Under the pieces are notes generated by a model. It saw nothing but the letters and a program-made list of their open reading frames with translations, searched no databases and was not told where the DNA came from. From a virus (Duplodnaviria > Caudoviricetes), in IMG/VR virus record IMGVR_UViG_3300030376_000535, positions 1 to 55,894 of that record: a DNA stretch of 55,894 nucleotides; one strand, given 5' to 3'. A program made the position numbers and the translations under genes. Shown here one piece after another: positions 31,183 through 40,260 of the stretch (positions are counted from its first letter, which is position 1; the number at the start of each line of letters is the position of its first letter).

Positions 31183-32029
31183 TTGTAACCTCTGGAACCT
31201 TTGGTGGCTTTTCTACATGAACTAAATACTCAATGCCGTAAGAGTATTCAAACATACGTAGGTTAGGCCAACAAACTTTCTTATACTCACAGAACTGACA
31301 AGACTTATCTAGTTTTGTGTTAGGACTAGACTTGCTGGCAGGTACGGGTGATACACGTTCAGTAGGAATATCACCTGCGACCAATTCTTTTGCAGCCTCC
31401 ATCTCTGTCTGCTTGGTAGACAGTTCATTAGAAAAGTCATATACATCAAGACAAATCTCCCCATTAACTTTATCAATAGCTAAAAAAGCACCACGGTTTT
31501 TATCCGTAACTAACGGATCATCCTGTGCTGCATATACATATGAAGATAGCTGACTAACATAACCAAAGGGATCATTATCTCGCAGTCCACCTTCTTTAAA
31601 TTTCTTAAATGCAAATGGGCTGCAAGACTTTACATCAATGGTCATGCCATCAATAACTGCATCCCTGTGTCCACGAATACCATGAACAGTTAAACGGTCT
31701 TGCATACCTTCGACAGTATGACCAGATGCCGCTACCATAGAAAGTATTAGTTCCTCTATCATGTCTCCATAGAAAAACTTAAGAAGCATCTTGGCATCAA
31801 GAGGCTCTCCAATCCCTGGTTTATTTACTTTGTACCAAAGCTTACGCTTACATGGTGTGCCAATGGACGACAAAGAAAGATACCCACGAGGTTCTTGTGG
31901 TTTACTAAATCTCTTACTCGCAACTTCGGCAATGTTCTTACCCATTGCATTTGCAATAGAGGTAGTCCAACCACCTTGTCCATAGATGACTGACTCAAGA
32001 TCTTCAACTAGAGTGTCAATGTTTTTCAT
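31166..32029 (-). CDS. Cas4/RecB-like PD-(D/E)xK exonuclease
   Basis: SSIGTPCKRKLWY, GHRD, IDVKS, QLSSY, CQFCEYKKVC. Confidence 0.8.
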   Translation of the reverse strand: MKNIDTLVEDLESVIYGQGGWTTSIANAMGKNIAEVASKRFSKPQEPRGYLSLSSIGTPCKRKLWYKVNKPGIGEPLDAKMLLKFFYGDMIEELILSMVAASGHTVEGMQDRLTVHGIRGHRDAVIDGMTIDVKSCSPFAFKKFKEGGLRDNDPFGYVSQLSSYVYAAQDDPLVTDKNRGAFLAIDKVNGEICLDVYDFSNELSTKQTEMEAAKELVAGDIPTERVSPVPASKSSPNTKLDKSCQFCEYKKVCWPNLRMFEYSYGIEYLVHVEKPPKVPEVTNDKGR

Positions 32030-32038
32030 ATTATATCC

Positions 32039-32065
32039 TTAAAAGGTAGCCCCCCGAAGGGGGCT
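32039..32065 (-). terminator. Rho-independent terminator after SSB
   Basis: Minus strand AGCCCCC-TTC-GGGGGCT (cUUCGg-type loop) then ACCTTTT. Confidence 0.8.
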
Positions 32066-32082
32066 TAGTTGAGAGAGGAGTA

Positions 32083-32592
32083 TTAGAACAGAACTGCTTC
32101 TGCTTCTTTATTGTCTGCCTTTGGCAGAGTATCCGCTGAGATAGTATCAGCTTGGATTACTGAGTCCACTGGCACATGATCAAGGATTCGGACAGAATCC
32201 AGTCGTGTACCTGGACGATTTTTGTAACTGGTATCGTAGACTGATAGCATTACTTCTACAGTAGACCCATTACCAATGGGGCCATCATGATCGAAGCTCC
32301 AAGGATCACCATCAGCATTTGTAACATTAGGTGCACCACTGTCCCAATCACGGCCAGTGTCGAACTTACGTACAAACTTAGTTTTGAATAACCCATTACC
32401 TACATCCTTTGGATTTTTGATTGAACGTGATGCTTTTAGTGCAGCTACGTTCGCTTCATCCATGATAAGGTCAATGGTACAAGCACCATCATGTGCTTCG
32501 TATGCTCCCTCAAAACCTTTGAGGTCACGGTTCTCGGCAAATACTTTTGCCCATTCTGCAGTACCAGTTAATTTTACTTTACGTGTAGCCAT
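32083..32592 (-). CDS. ssDNA-binding protein (T7 gp2.5-like; start reassigned to ATG 32592)
   Basis: AAGGAGG RBS, IGNGSTV, acidic tail ending in F. Confidence 0.75.
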   Translation of the reverse strand: MATRKVKLTGTAEWAKVFAENRDLKGFEGAYEAHDGACTIDLIMDEANVAALKASRSIKNPKDVGNGLFKTKFVRKFDTGRDWDSGAPNVTNADGDPWSFDHDGPIGNGSTVEVMLSVYDTSYKNRPGTRLDSVRILDHVPVDSVIQADTISADTLPKADNKEAEAVLF

Positions 32593-32608
32593 GCGGCCCT
32601 CCTTTAAG

Positions 32609-34459
32609 TTAGTGTACTTCACTATAGCGTTGACCATACTGTATGTCAATACCCAAGTCAACATTTAATTTCAAATCTTCATTAAGTTTTTTGATAGCCC
32701 ATGTCAATGCGGAACTATGTGCATCCTCTTCTCCTTTCTTAACCAGATTAATTGATTCGTCGTGGAACTGACCAATGATGTTTGGTCTGCGAGTACGGTA
32801 GTAAGCAACCCACTTATCAAAACAGTAAGCACCAGTTGACTGGTTGAGTGTAGAGAACACATCTTTCTCGTATCGTAACGAATGCCAGAACCTACTTACT
32901 GGATTTTGTACCCACATTTCTCCATTAATCTTTCTTATCTTTTGATCCTCAGAAAACTTTTTAACTGACCAGTTGCGTTCCCAATAAGCATCAAGAAGTT
33001 TCTGTGCCTCTGGTATAGGCAATCCAGTTGTACGTGACAGCTTAGGTGAACCAACACCATAGGTAGCAGAATAGTTTACAACCTTAAAGTTTTTACGCAA
33101 AGCTTTTAGCTCTGGCTTTTTACCTTCGTTATAAGCATCAATGTCATATTGCTTAATAGCACCTGCATGTTTAGCTAAGTCAAGGTGCGGATCAAAACCT
33201 TCTTGCGACATCTCAAACACATACGCAGGATCATATGGTTGCATATAATGTCTCTTGGTTGTATCTTCAAGAGATGTCATGTCTGCACCGCAAAGAGTGT
33301 AACCCTCTGGCGCTGTAAGACAACCACGTACTTCTTTACCCCAAGGTCTATCCACACCAGGAAGATTAACCAAAGGCTTTTTGTGTTTAAAACGCAGAGT
33401 ATTTGTAAGACCATCAATCTCTGCTTTTACATAACCGTTGTGTTGTGTTTCAAGAAAACCTTTGAAGATACCTTGCCTGTGTTGAAGCATAGAAAAATCT
33501 GCAAGAACTTTAACAGCAGGGTTTGTTTCTGCCAACCTTTCAACTGACCTTGTAAGTTCATTGTCTGATCTTACTTTAGGAACCTTACGCTCTGAACCAT
33601 CATCCTCTTTTACATAGTTAAAAGTACAAGGCTTCCAACCAAGAGAAAACAACCAGTCTTTTATCTGAGGATTAGACTTAGGGTTAGGCTCTTGCCAACA
33701 CTTAATAACCTCAACATCACCATCATAGTGTGGCGGTAAGTTGTGCTCTTCAAGCAAAGCAAACCAACGCTCACCATGAGAAGACATTGAACCATCTTTC
33801 TTAAAACAAACTTTAGGTTTTCGTTTGATGGCTGTAACCTTACGCTTAGGCATTACCTCTTTTAGTTCAGTCTCTTTGTTAGAAAGCAATTGACCTAGAT
33901 CATCGTAACATTTTTGTGCCAGATCAACATCTAACTTCCAACCAATCCGTTCTGCAGTAGCAGCACAGTCCATCTTAAACTGAAGATAACGAAAGAACTT
34001 ATCAAGCTCTTGTTTGTTGTCGTAGATAAACATAAACCTTTTAAGTAAGTCCTGCCACAACAGCCAGTTAATCTTTACATCTTCAGTACAACGGTGTGCA
34101 TACTCTTCTGGAGTAAGGTTTACCCAATCATCAATCTTAGGTTTAGGTACACCAAAGTCTTCCCCAAAAGCCTCAAGGTTATGTTTGTTTCCTGCACGAG
34201 TATAGTTCAGTACCCAAGACATAGGTAGAGTGTCAAACAATCTAGCTTGAAGTTTAATACCCAACATCTTCTCAAGTAATGGTGCATCATACCTTATGAT
34301 GTTATGACCAATCAAACCACGTTGACTCATAACCAAGTCACGCATGTCGTTATAGTCAAACAAAGTGTCGTAATTAGAACCATCAGATGTATAAGACAAG
34401 CAGTGTATCTTTGTGGCATCATCCAACAAACCATCAGCTTCTATGTCAAATACAATCAT
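32609..34459 (-). CDS. polA: Family A DNA polymerase with 3'-5' exonuclease
   Basis: FDIEAD, GHNIIRYD, ADMTSLE, RKNFKVVNYSATYG, QFHDE. Confidence 0.95.
   Translation of the reverse strand: MIVFDIEADGLLDDATKIHCLSYTSDGSNYDTLFDYNDMRDLVMSQRGLIGHNIIRYDAPLLEKMLGIKLQARLFDTLPMSWVLNYTRAGNKHNLEAFGEDFGVPKPKIDDWVNLTPEEYAHRCTEDVKINWLLWQDLLKRFMFIYDNKQELDKFFRYLQFKMDCAATAERIGWKLDVDLAQKCYDDLGQLLSNKETELKEVMPKRKVTAIKRKPKVCFKKDGSMSSHGERWFALLEEHNLPPHYDGDVEVIKCWQEPNPKSNPQIKDWLFSLGWKPCTFNYVKEDDGSERKVPKVRSDNELTRSVERLAETNPAVKVLADFSMLQHRQGIFKGFLETQHNGYVKAEIDGLTNTLRFKHKKPLVNLPGVDRPWGKEVRGCLTAPEGYTLCGADMTSLEDTTKRHYMQPYDPAYVFEMSQEGFDPHLDLAKHAGAIKQYDIDAYNEGKKPELKALRKNFKVVNYSATYGVGSPKLSRTTGLPIPEAQKLLDAYWERNWSVKKFSEDQKIRKINGEMWVQNPVSRFWHSLRYEKDVFSTLNQSTGAYCFDKWVAYYRTRRPNIIGQFHDESINLVKKGEEDAHSSALTWAIKKLNEDLKLNVDLGIDIQYGQRYSEVH
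32621..32649 (-). promoter_or_regulatory. sigma70 promoter inside the 3' end of pol, driving SSB
   Basis: TTGACA-N17-TATAGT on the minus strand. Confidence 0.7.
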
Positions 34460-36060
34460 GCTGCAATTACACTCCCTTCATATGGTGCTTCCTCACTGAG
34501 GATGGTAGTCTCTGGATCGTAGTAGACTGATCCTGCTTTACCTAATTTAGCAAACGGTCTGTTCTTGTCAACAATAAAGTCTGTGGTGTTTTGAAGCACC
34601 TCATCATCTGACTCAACATCACGTTCAATCTTTATACAGATTATTGCCTCCTCTTCAAGAGACCCTGCATACTTTGTCCTACCATCATCATTGACCTGTG
34701 ATATAAATACCACACCAATGTTGAGTTCCTTGGCAAGCTGTGCCATGCGTGAACCCAAGGTAGTAAGCGTACTTGTTGCACCATCTACACCTGATTGTGA
34801 TAGGTAGGCAAGACGTTGTACGTGGTCAACGAAGATAAAGTCAGCGCCATAGACAGACGCTGCAAGTCTTGTGTAGTCAAGCAACTTAAGAGGATCATCG
34901 TGGCTACGCATTTCGAATACGATTGTGCGTTCACCTTGAGTCAACTCCTGTGCTGCTTTGATTACAGTCTCCTCTGAGAAGCCATTCTCTTTTGCATCAT
35001 CCTTGGTTCTAACATTCAACCCAAGTTGATAAGTAGCCATAGCCCGATATGTTGTAGACTTCATCTCTTCCATGTGAAGTAAAGCTATTCTTGTAGAGTT
35101 GTCACGGAGTAGACCAGTCTCAAAGTATCGGATGACTTCGGTCTTACCAGTACCACGAGGAGCTTTGATAAAAGTAAGACCTCCCTTAACCATACCACGT
35201 ATCTTGTCATCAAGGCCAGAGTGACCAGTGGGTACGTACTCGTAAGGGTTTTCGTTTAAGATTGCTTGTTCAACATCATTGTCAGAACAGAAGAAGTTCT
35301 CTGGCGAATAGCGTTGGGGTTTCTTTGCTGCCCACATTAGCTCATTGCCATCTCCTGCTTGCAAGAAGTCGTTAGCATCTTTGTGTTTAGACATCGGAAC
35401 ATACCAAAACTTTTCTGGAAAAGCTTGATACAATTTGTCAGCAGCTCTGCGACCTGCATCATCTAGCTCACCTGCATAAACAATTTCTTTAAAGGACGAC
35501 AAGTAAGCGTGGTTATGCTTTACAAACTTTTCACCGATAGATGCGCTGGGCAAAGACTTTACAGGAAAGGTCTTGCCAAGGATCTGATATAAGGATGCAG
35601 CATCAAACTCACCCTCGGTCAGATAGATGCGTTGGCTTGTGCCTGCGTTGAACTCAGGGCCAAACAAGAAGTGCATACCAAGCCCTTTGTCTTTCATCCA
35701 AGACTTAGACTTGTCATCGTACAATCTGTACTTAACTGTGTGAGGATACTTATAAGCATACCGTACAGGTCTGCCCTCACCAGTCTGTATTTGTATTCCG
35801 TATAACTCGCAGACATCTGGATCAATACCACGGATGCCCTCGTAAGTCATACCATCTACGGATATGTCCATTGGGTTTCTCCTCTCTTTCAATGGGTACT
35901 CGGACTTAACCCAATCAAAAACTTCTGGCATGTTCTTCATTGGATAAGAGTTACCGCAAGAATGACAGTGACCAAAGCCATCATCATTCCAATTAAATGC
36001 ATCGCTCGAACCGCACTCAGTATACGGACAAGCTAGATGTGGGTTGTCGTTGTTAGACAT
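34456..36060 (-). CDS. T7 gp4-like primase-helicase
   Basis: Zn finger CP...C...CHSC, TEGEFDA TOPRIM, KDAND, Walker A APRGTGKT. Confidence 0.92.
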   Translation of the reverse strand: MSNNDNPHLACPYTECGSSDAFNWNDDGFGHCHSCGNSYPMKNMPEVFDWVKSEYPLKERRNPMDISVDGMTYEGIRGIDPDVCELYGIQIQTGEGRPVRYAYKYPHTVKYRLYDDKSKSWMKDKGLGMHFLFGPEFNAGTSQRIYLTEGEFDAASLYQILGKTFPVKSLPSASIGEKFVKHNHAYLSSFKEIVYAGELDDAGRRAADKLYQAFPEKFWYVPMSKHKDANDFLQAGDGNELMWAAKKPQRYSPENFFCSDNDVEQAILNENPYEYVPTGHSGLDDKIRGMVKGGLTFIKAPRGTGKTEVIRYFETGLLRDNSTRIALLHMEEMKSTTYRAMATYQLGLNVRTKDDAKENGFSEETVIKAAQELTQGERTIVFEMRSHDDPLKLLDYTRLAASVYGADFIFVDHVQRLAYLSQSGVDGATSTLTTLGSRMAQLAKELNIGVVFISQVNDDGRTKYAGSLEEEAIICIKIERDVESDDEVLQNTTDFIVDKNRPFAKLGKAGSVYYDPETTILSEEAPYEGSVIAA

Positions 36061-36224
36061 TGATCTTCACCCTCTAACCCTTTCTTTATAAGCTGAATAA
36101 AACCAAACTCAAATATTTGGCTACGAGTTTCTTCACTCATTTCTATAGTCAGTGTAGCTGAACCATCTTCATGTTCACTAACCTCTAAAACTTTTATTTC
36201 ACCAGTTATAATTTTATCTGACAC
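36033..36224 (-). CDS. Hypothetical protein
   Basis: EHEDGSAT motif; in operon. Confidence 0.6.
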   Translation of the reverse strand: MSDKIITGEIKVLEVSEHEDGSATLTIEMSEETRSQIFEFGFIQLIKKGLEGEDQCLTTTTHI

Positions 36225-36453
36225 TGTTTTTTAACCCCCTGACTAAAGATGCTTTTCTTTCTTCTGGACTCATAGGACGGATAGCATCATCCAAGTAATC
36301 TACAATCATGCCAGTGTTCCAGTTACTACATTCGGCCTCAGCTTCTTCAATAGTATCAAACAACTTAGGGTCGTCATGACTAGTCTTACAAGGCCAGCTA
36401 TTAGGAACATACATGATGTCTCCATCAACGTCAATAAGAACTGCATACTTCAT
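36214..36453 (-). CDS. Hypothetical protein
   Basis: GGAGG RBS. Confidence 0.65.
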   Translation of the reverse strand: MKYAVLIDVDGDIMYVPNSWPCKTSHDDPKLFDTIEEAEAECSNWNTGMIVDYLDDAIRPMSPEERKASLVRGLKNSVR

Positions 36454-36651
36454 TTAATATTCCTCCGTTGCATGTACATCATCTAACAAACCACAAGAGC
36501 ATTCATTCTCTTTTAATTTAACAATAGTTTTATATGCTTCTTGCAACTGACTCTGTAAATCTTTTACATTCTTCTCTAATATATCTATCTTTCTAGATAT
36601 TGCAAGAATTATTTTTCTATTCTTTTCTGCCTCCATTTCATCTGGTAACAT
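36454..36651 (-). CDS. Hypothetical coiled-coil protein
   Basis: AAGGAG RBS. Confidence 0.65.
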   Translation of the reverse strand: MLPDEMEAEKNRKIILAISRKIDILEKNVKDLQSQLQEAYKTIVKLKENECSCGLLDDVHATEEY

Positions 36652-36813
36652 TTAACTCTCCTTTATGCAGACTAATTGTGTTTGTATTTCGTCTACCTGA
36701 TCTTCATAATAATCAAAACCTTTAAAGCAATCATACATTGAAACATACTCTTCAACCTTTTCTACATAGGGTTGACCATTGTATATATAAACAAGAACTA
36801 ATATCCATTTCAT
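36652..36813 (-). CDS. 53-aa protein not in the ORF track (MKWILVLVYIYNGQPY...LVCIKES)
   Basis: ATGA overlap with thyX stop; fills the gap. Confidence 0.6.
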   Translation of the reverse strand: MKWILVLVYIYNGQPYVEKVEEYVSMYDCFKGFDYYEDQVDEIQTQLVCIKES

Positions 36814-37472
36814 TCTTCATACATCCTCAATGCTTCCCAAGAAACTGGGAATAGTTTCATCATTACATCCTCAACCTGTTCAGCCACAAGCCTTGTTTCG
36901 TATTGTGAGTCGTCCTTCAAACGTAAGCCACACATCTTTGCAAAAGCAAACAAACTTCCTGACCAGTACCACTCAGTCATCATGGACTGTGGCAGTACCA
37001 TACGTGCTTGCTCAGGACAAACACCTTCCCCTAATAATCGTGTATATAATCTAGCACAGTCAAAGACTTCTCTACAATCTTGATCTATTTCTATTGTACC
37101 TTCGCTACCTTGTTTTTTATCTGCACTGCGCTTACGCCATAATTCAGGTTCGTAAAACTCAGGATCACTATCTACATAGCGTCTGCTGATTTCATTCCAA
37201 GGCATGTACTCATGCTTGACTAGTTGTCGTGCTACAAACACTGGCGCTTTGACATGGAAGGTAGCAAAGGCATGGTTGAATGGTGACTTGTGGTTGTGCT
37301 TGGCAAGATATTGAATAAGCTTTTTATCTTTTGCACTAAGAATAAACTTACCCTTTACCATATCAATACATTCTAACTTAGATTGTTTACCAAAGCTAAC
37401 TCGTGCTGAGTTTACCACAGTAAGATCATCACCCATGTGATTAATATAAGTTACCTTAATCATTATTTCCAT
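36810..37472 (-). CDS. thyX: Flavin-dependent thymidylate synthase
   Basis: NSARVSF, HKSPF, RQLVKH...NEISRRY, PEQARMVLP. Confidence 0.95.
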   Translation of the reverse strand: MEIMIKVTYINHMGDDLTVVNSARVSFGKQSKLECIDMVKGKFILSAKDKKLIQYLAKHNHKSPFNHAFATFHVKAPVFVARQLVKHEYMPWNEISRRYVDSDPEFYEPELWRKRSADKKQGSEGTIEIDQDCREVFDCARLYTRLLGEGVCPEQARMVLPQSMMTEWYWSGSLFAFAKMCGLRLKDDSQYETRLVAEQVEDVMMKLFPVSWEALRMYEE

Positions 37473-38221
37473 ACTCCTTCTTCACAGAATATTCCACAAT
37501 CAACATCATAGTCTTTCATCTTATGTCCCTTTGCTTTAGGATCAAGATCTTCTAAAAAGATCCTTACATTCTTAACTCGCACTAACCTAGCACCAATCTC
37601 TTTAGACTGCTCCATCCTATCTTTAAATATCTCAGGGTGTTTTTCCCTGACAAAATTCCAATAGGTAGGTGATGTAGCTTTAACACATCCAATGCAGTTA
37701 GCATTAGAATAACCATTAAGGTACAAGCTAGGCAACCTTATTCCTGCATCCATAATTATATCAAAGCAGTGTTGTTTAGTGTAGCCCTTATCTATCAGTG
37801 GTGTAAGTAAACTTTCACGCTCAGTCATTCTAAACCTGTCTGCCCTGCCCTGTTCTTCTGCTGTAAATCCAAGCACAGTCCAATTAGGTTTATGTATTGC
37901 TTCCCAATCTTGTCTGGGTTTTTTCTTAAGTTCTTGCGTACATGGTGCACCACTAACTCCAGACATATATTTTCTATCATCCCATACTTCTTTTACAGAA
38001 CCTTTAGGATACCTGGCAGATCTTACATGTTCTATCGGATGGTCTAACCAATCCTGAACATCACGTAAAAATCTTTGATTGTCCTCACCTTCTTCAAGTA
38101 TAGGATTGTTAAGGATATGAATATCATTATCATTTCCATAGGTATCTAAAGTAACCTTAGCTGCTACAGCAGATGCAGCACCGCAAGAAAACCACACAGC
38201 TATCTTTTGGTCTTTCATCAT
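37463..38221 (-). CDS. PAPS-reductase-family (PP-loop) protein
   Basis: WFSCGAASAVA, CTQELKK, LGFTAEE, NCIGC, CGIFC. Confidence 0.75.
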   Translation of the reverse strand: MMKDQKIAVWFSCGAASAVAAKVTLDTYGNDNDIHILNNPILEEGEDNQRFLRDVQDWLDHPIEHVRSARYPKGSVKEVWDDRKYMSGVSGAPCTQELKKKPRQDWEAIHKPNWTVLGFTAEEQGRADRFRMTERESLLTPLIDKGYTKQHCFDIIMDAGIRLPSLYLNGYSNANCIGCVKATSPTYWNFVREKHPEIFKDRMEQSKEIGARLVRVKNVRIFLEDLDPKAKGHKMKDYDVDCGIFCEEGVWK

Positions 38222-39102
38222 TGTCTTTGTCTCCTCTCAAGAGCATTGCTTGCAGTTTTGAAACTGAATTTATTGTACGGATTTAGACTCGAAACATTCT
38301 TGTGGCCAGACACTGACTGAATAGCCAGATGATCTACTCCGCTTTCAATCATCTGAACTATCGCAGTCTTACGTAGATCCCCCACTCTCAGCTCGTCAGG
38401 AAGCCGTGCAATAGCCTTTACTTCTCCAAGCAGGGCAGTCATCTGCATAACTGTTAGGGGCTTGTATGCACCGTCTGAGGGCTTGTGGTGAGGGACTACG
38501 TATTCTTGAAAGTCCAAGTCTTGTTTCTGCTGAGATAACATCTCGAATAAATTATCTGGTATTGGTAATTCTACGGTAGCACCACGCTTGCTTTGCGTGA
38601 TAGTAACCTTGCGTTGCTCTAGGTCTACGCTATCCCACGTAAGATTGCGTATGTCCACAGGACGTTGACCCCACTCATAACACATCAACACAATTAGTCC
38701 AATGCTACGGTAATCAAAATTAGTAAATGCGACATCAAGAAAATCCATAACCTGATCGTGAGTCCATACGACAGAACGAGGGGTAGATGATCTCTTCTTA
38801 ACTCTTGCCATTGGATTATACAACAGTACATCAGTGGACACGAGATGGTTCATGAGAACGGAGAACACCCTTGCGTTATGGTTCGCATTGGAGGTAGAGG
38901 TTTCCGCTTCCCATGTATCGTATATCTCAATGCACATCAGAGAGTTTATCTTATCAACTCTAACATTACCAAGTGTCTTTCCCATAATAGACATACGACA
39001 ATAAGATGCCAGATTGTACTCGTAGTTCCTTTGAGTGGAGCGAGAGAGTGAAAGGAACTGACGAGTCCTTAAGTATTTATTTACAGCATCTTTTAATTTC
39101 AT
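38218..39102 (-). CDS. Tyrosine recombinase/integrase
   Basis: GQRPVD (R), QSKRG (K), GDLRKT, SGH, LNPY (Y). Confidence 0.88.
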   Translation of the reverse strand: MKLKDAVNKYLRTRQFLSLSRSTQRNYEYNLASYCRMSIMGKTLGNVRVDKINSLMCIEIYDTWEAETSTSNANHNARVFSVLMNHLVSTDVLLYNPMARVKKRSSTPRSVVWTHDQVMDFLDVAFTNFDYRSIGLIVLMCYEWGQRPVDIRNLTWDSVDLEQRKVTITQSKRGATVELPIPDNLFEMLSQQKQDLDFQEYVVPHHKPSDGAYKPLTVMQMTALLGEVKAIARLPDELRVGDLRKTAIVQMIESGVDHLAIQSVSGHKNVSSLNPYNKFSFKTASNALERRQRQ

Positions 39103-39164
39103 ATTTTTCCTATCCAGTGTGTACAGTCATCATGTGGGTCGTCTGGTCGTTGATACACTTCCAT
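39099..39164 (-). CDS. 21-aa peptide MEVYQRPDDPHDDCTHWIGKI coupled to the integrase
   Basis: GGAGGGG RBS; ATGA overlap with integrase start. Confidence 0.5.
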   Translation of the reverse strand: MEVYQRPDDPHDDCTHWIGKI

Positions 39165-39253
39165 AGTAACCCCTCCCATACTTTAAGTTTAACTTTAAGT
39201 ATTAATAACTCTAATATTAGAATTATTAAAACACTCTTAGTTATACTTAAAGT

Positions 39254-39284
39254 ATTATATAGAGGCAAACTAAAAGTGTGTCAA
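39254..39284 (-). promoter_or_regulatory. sigma70 promoter for the integrase/replication operon
   Basis: TTGACA-N17-TATATAAT; further TATAACTA at 39238-39245. Confidence 0.65.
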
Positions 39285-39285
39285 G

Positions 39286-39302
39286 TGCGACAGGTTGTCA
39301 CA
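39286..39302. promoter_or_regulatory. RegA/PrrA-like palindromic box adjoining the -35
   Basis: TGCGACA-GGT-TGTCACA. Confidence 0.4.
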
Positions 39303-40260
39303 TATACCTCCTTGATACATAGCCATCCATGTAAGCATTGAAATGACTGTTGTCCTCTATTTGGCATTCTTCCATTACATCATATGGATTGAAGCCATAC
39401 TCAGCAAGCATCTCTGCAATGGCATACGGATAGTCTAGAACCAGACTGTGTATTGCATCTACATTGTCCTGTGATACATCGTAACCCCTTGAAACTCCAG
39501 CAGTTTTTCTATAGTAATTACCATACTCTACTACACTAGGATCACGAACAAACACTAGCTTTGACCAGTCAGCAGACTCTAGTTTAGCCACAAGCTTATC
39601 AAGGTACAGCAGGTCTTGTGTCTCGTTGACACCATGCTGACCATAGTAACCAACACTGATATTAGTACACTCAGAAACAACCATTGAGTACTCGTTGCTG
39701 TCTGTGTAAGAACCACCGCTATCAGCCACAAGCTCTGGCATGTTAAGTGCATCAGCAAAAGACTGGGCAAACTCATCTGATGCAGTACGCAACCCCATCT
39801 GGTGAGTAATCACTGAGTTGTCACCATACCTGTCAAACGAGATCACTGCTTGAGTATCTGCCAACCATGCAGGGTAGTCAGTAACAAGTGCAGAGCTACC
39901 CTTACAGCCAACCTCCTCAGCTGCATGAACAACATACGTACCCTCAATACCTGACTCAATCATACACAACAGTATGTATACGCCAGTAGTACAATCAGCA
40001 CCAAGACAGCTAGAAACTTTACTATCTGCCACTGAGACTACATCATTAGAAACAATAAGCTTCTGCATACCCTCTTGTTTGTGTACCGTATCATGGTGTG
40101 CAGTAAAGCATATCTTTGGCTGATCACCAATGTGCAATATGTAATTACCATATTCATCAGGTAAACCAAACACAGGTTCGAGAAACCTTTTACAAAACTG
40201 TCGTTGAGTGACAGTACCCTCTGGCCGCATGTAACGCAGCATTTCAATTATACTATGCAT
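39298..40260 (-). CDS. M28/M20-family zinc peptidase-like protein
   Basis: AHHDTVH, LGADCTTG, AAEEVG, SFDR, QH. Confidence 0.75.
   Translation of the reverse strand: MHSIIEMLRYMRPEGTVTQRQFCKRFLEPVFGLPDEYGNYILHIGDQPKICFTAHHDTVHKQEGMQKLIVSNDVVSVADSKVSSCLGADCTTGVYILLCMIESGIEGTYVVHAAEEVGCKGSSALVTDYPAWLADTQAVISFDRYGDNSVITHQMGLRTASDEFAQSFADALNMPELVADSGGSYTDSNEYSMVVSECTNISVGYYGQHGVNETQDLLYLDKLVAKLESADWSKLVFVRDPSVVEYGNYYRKTAGVSRGYDVSQDNVDAIHSLVLDYPYAIAEMLAEYGFNPYDVMEECQIEDNSHFNAYMDGYVSRRYM

Noticed and set aside
31166-32029. Cas4-like gene as part of a CRISPR system
   Set aside because: No array or other cas genes; it sits in the usual replication exonuclease position
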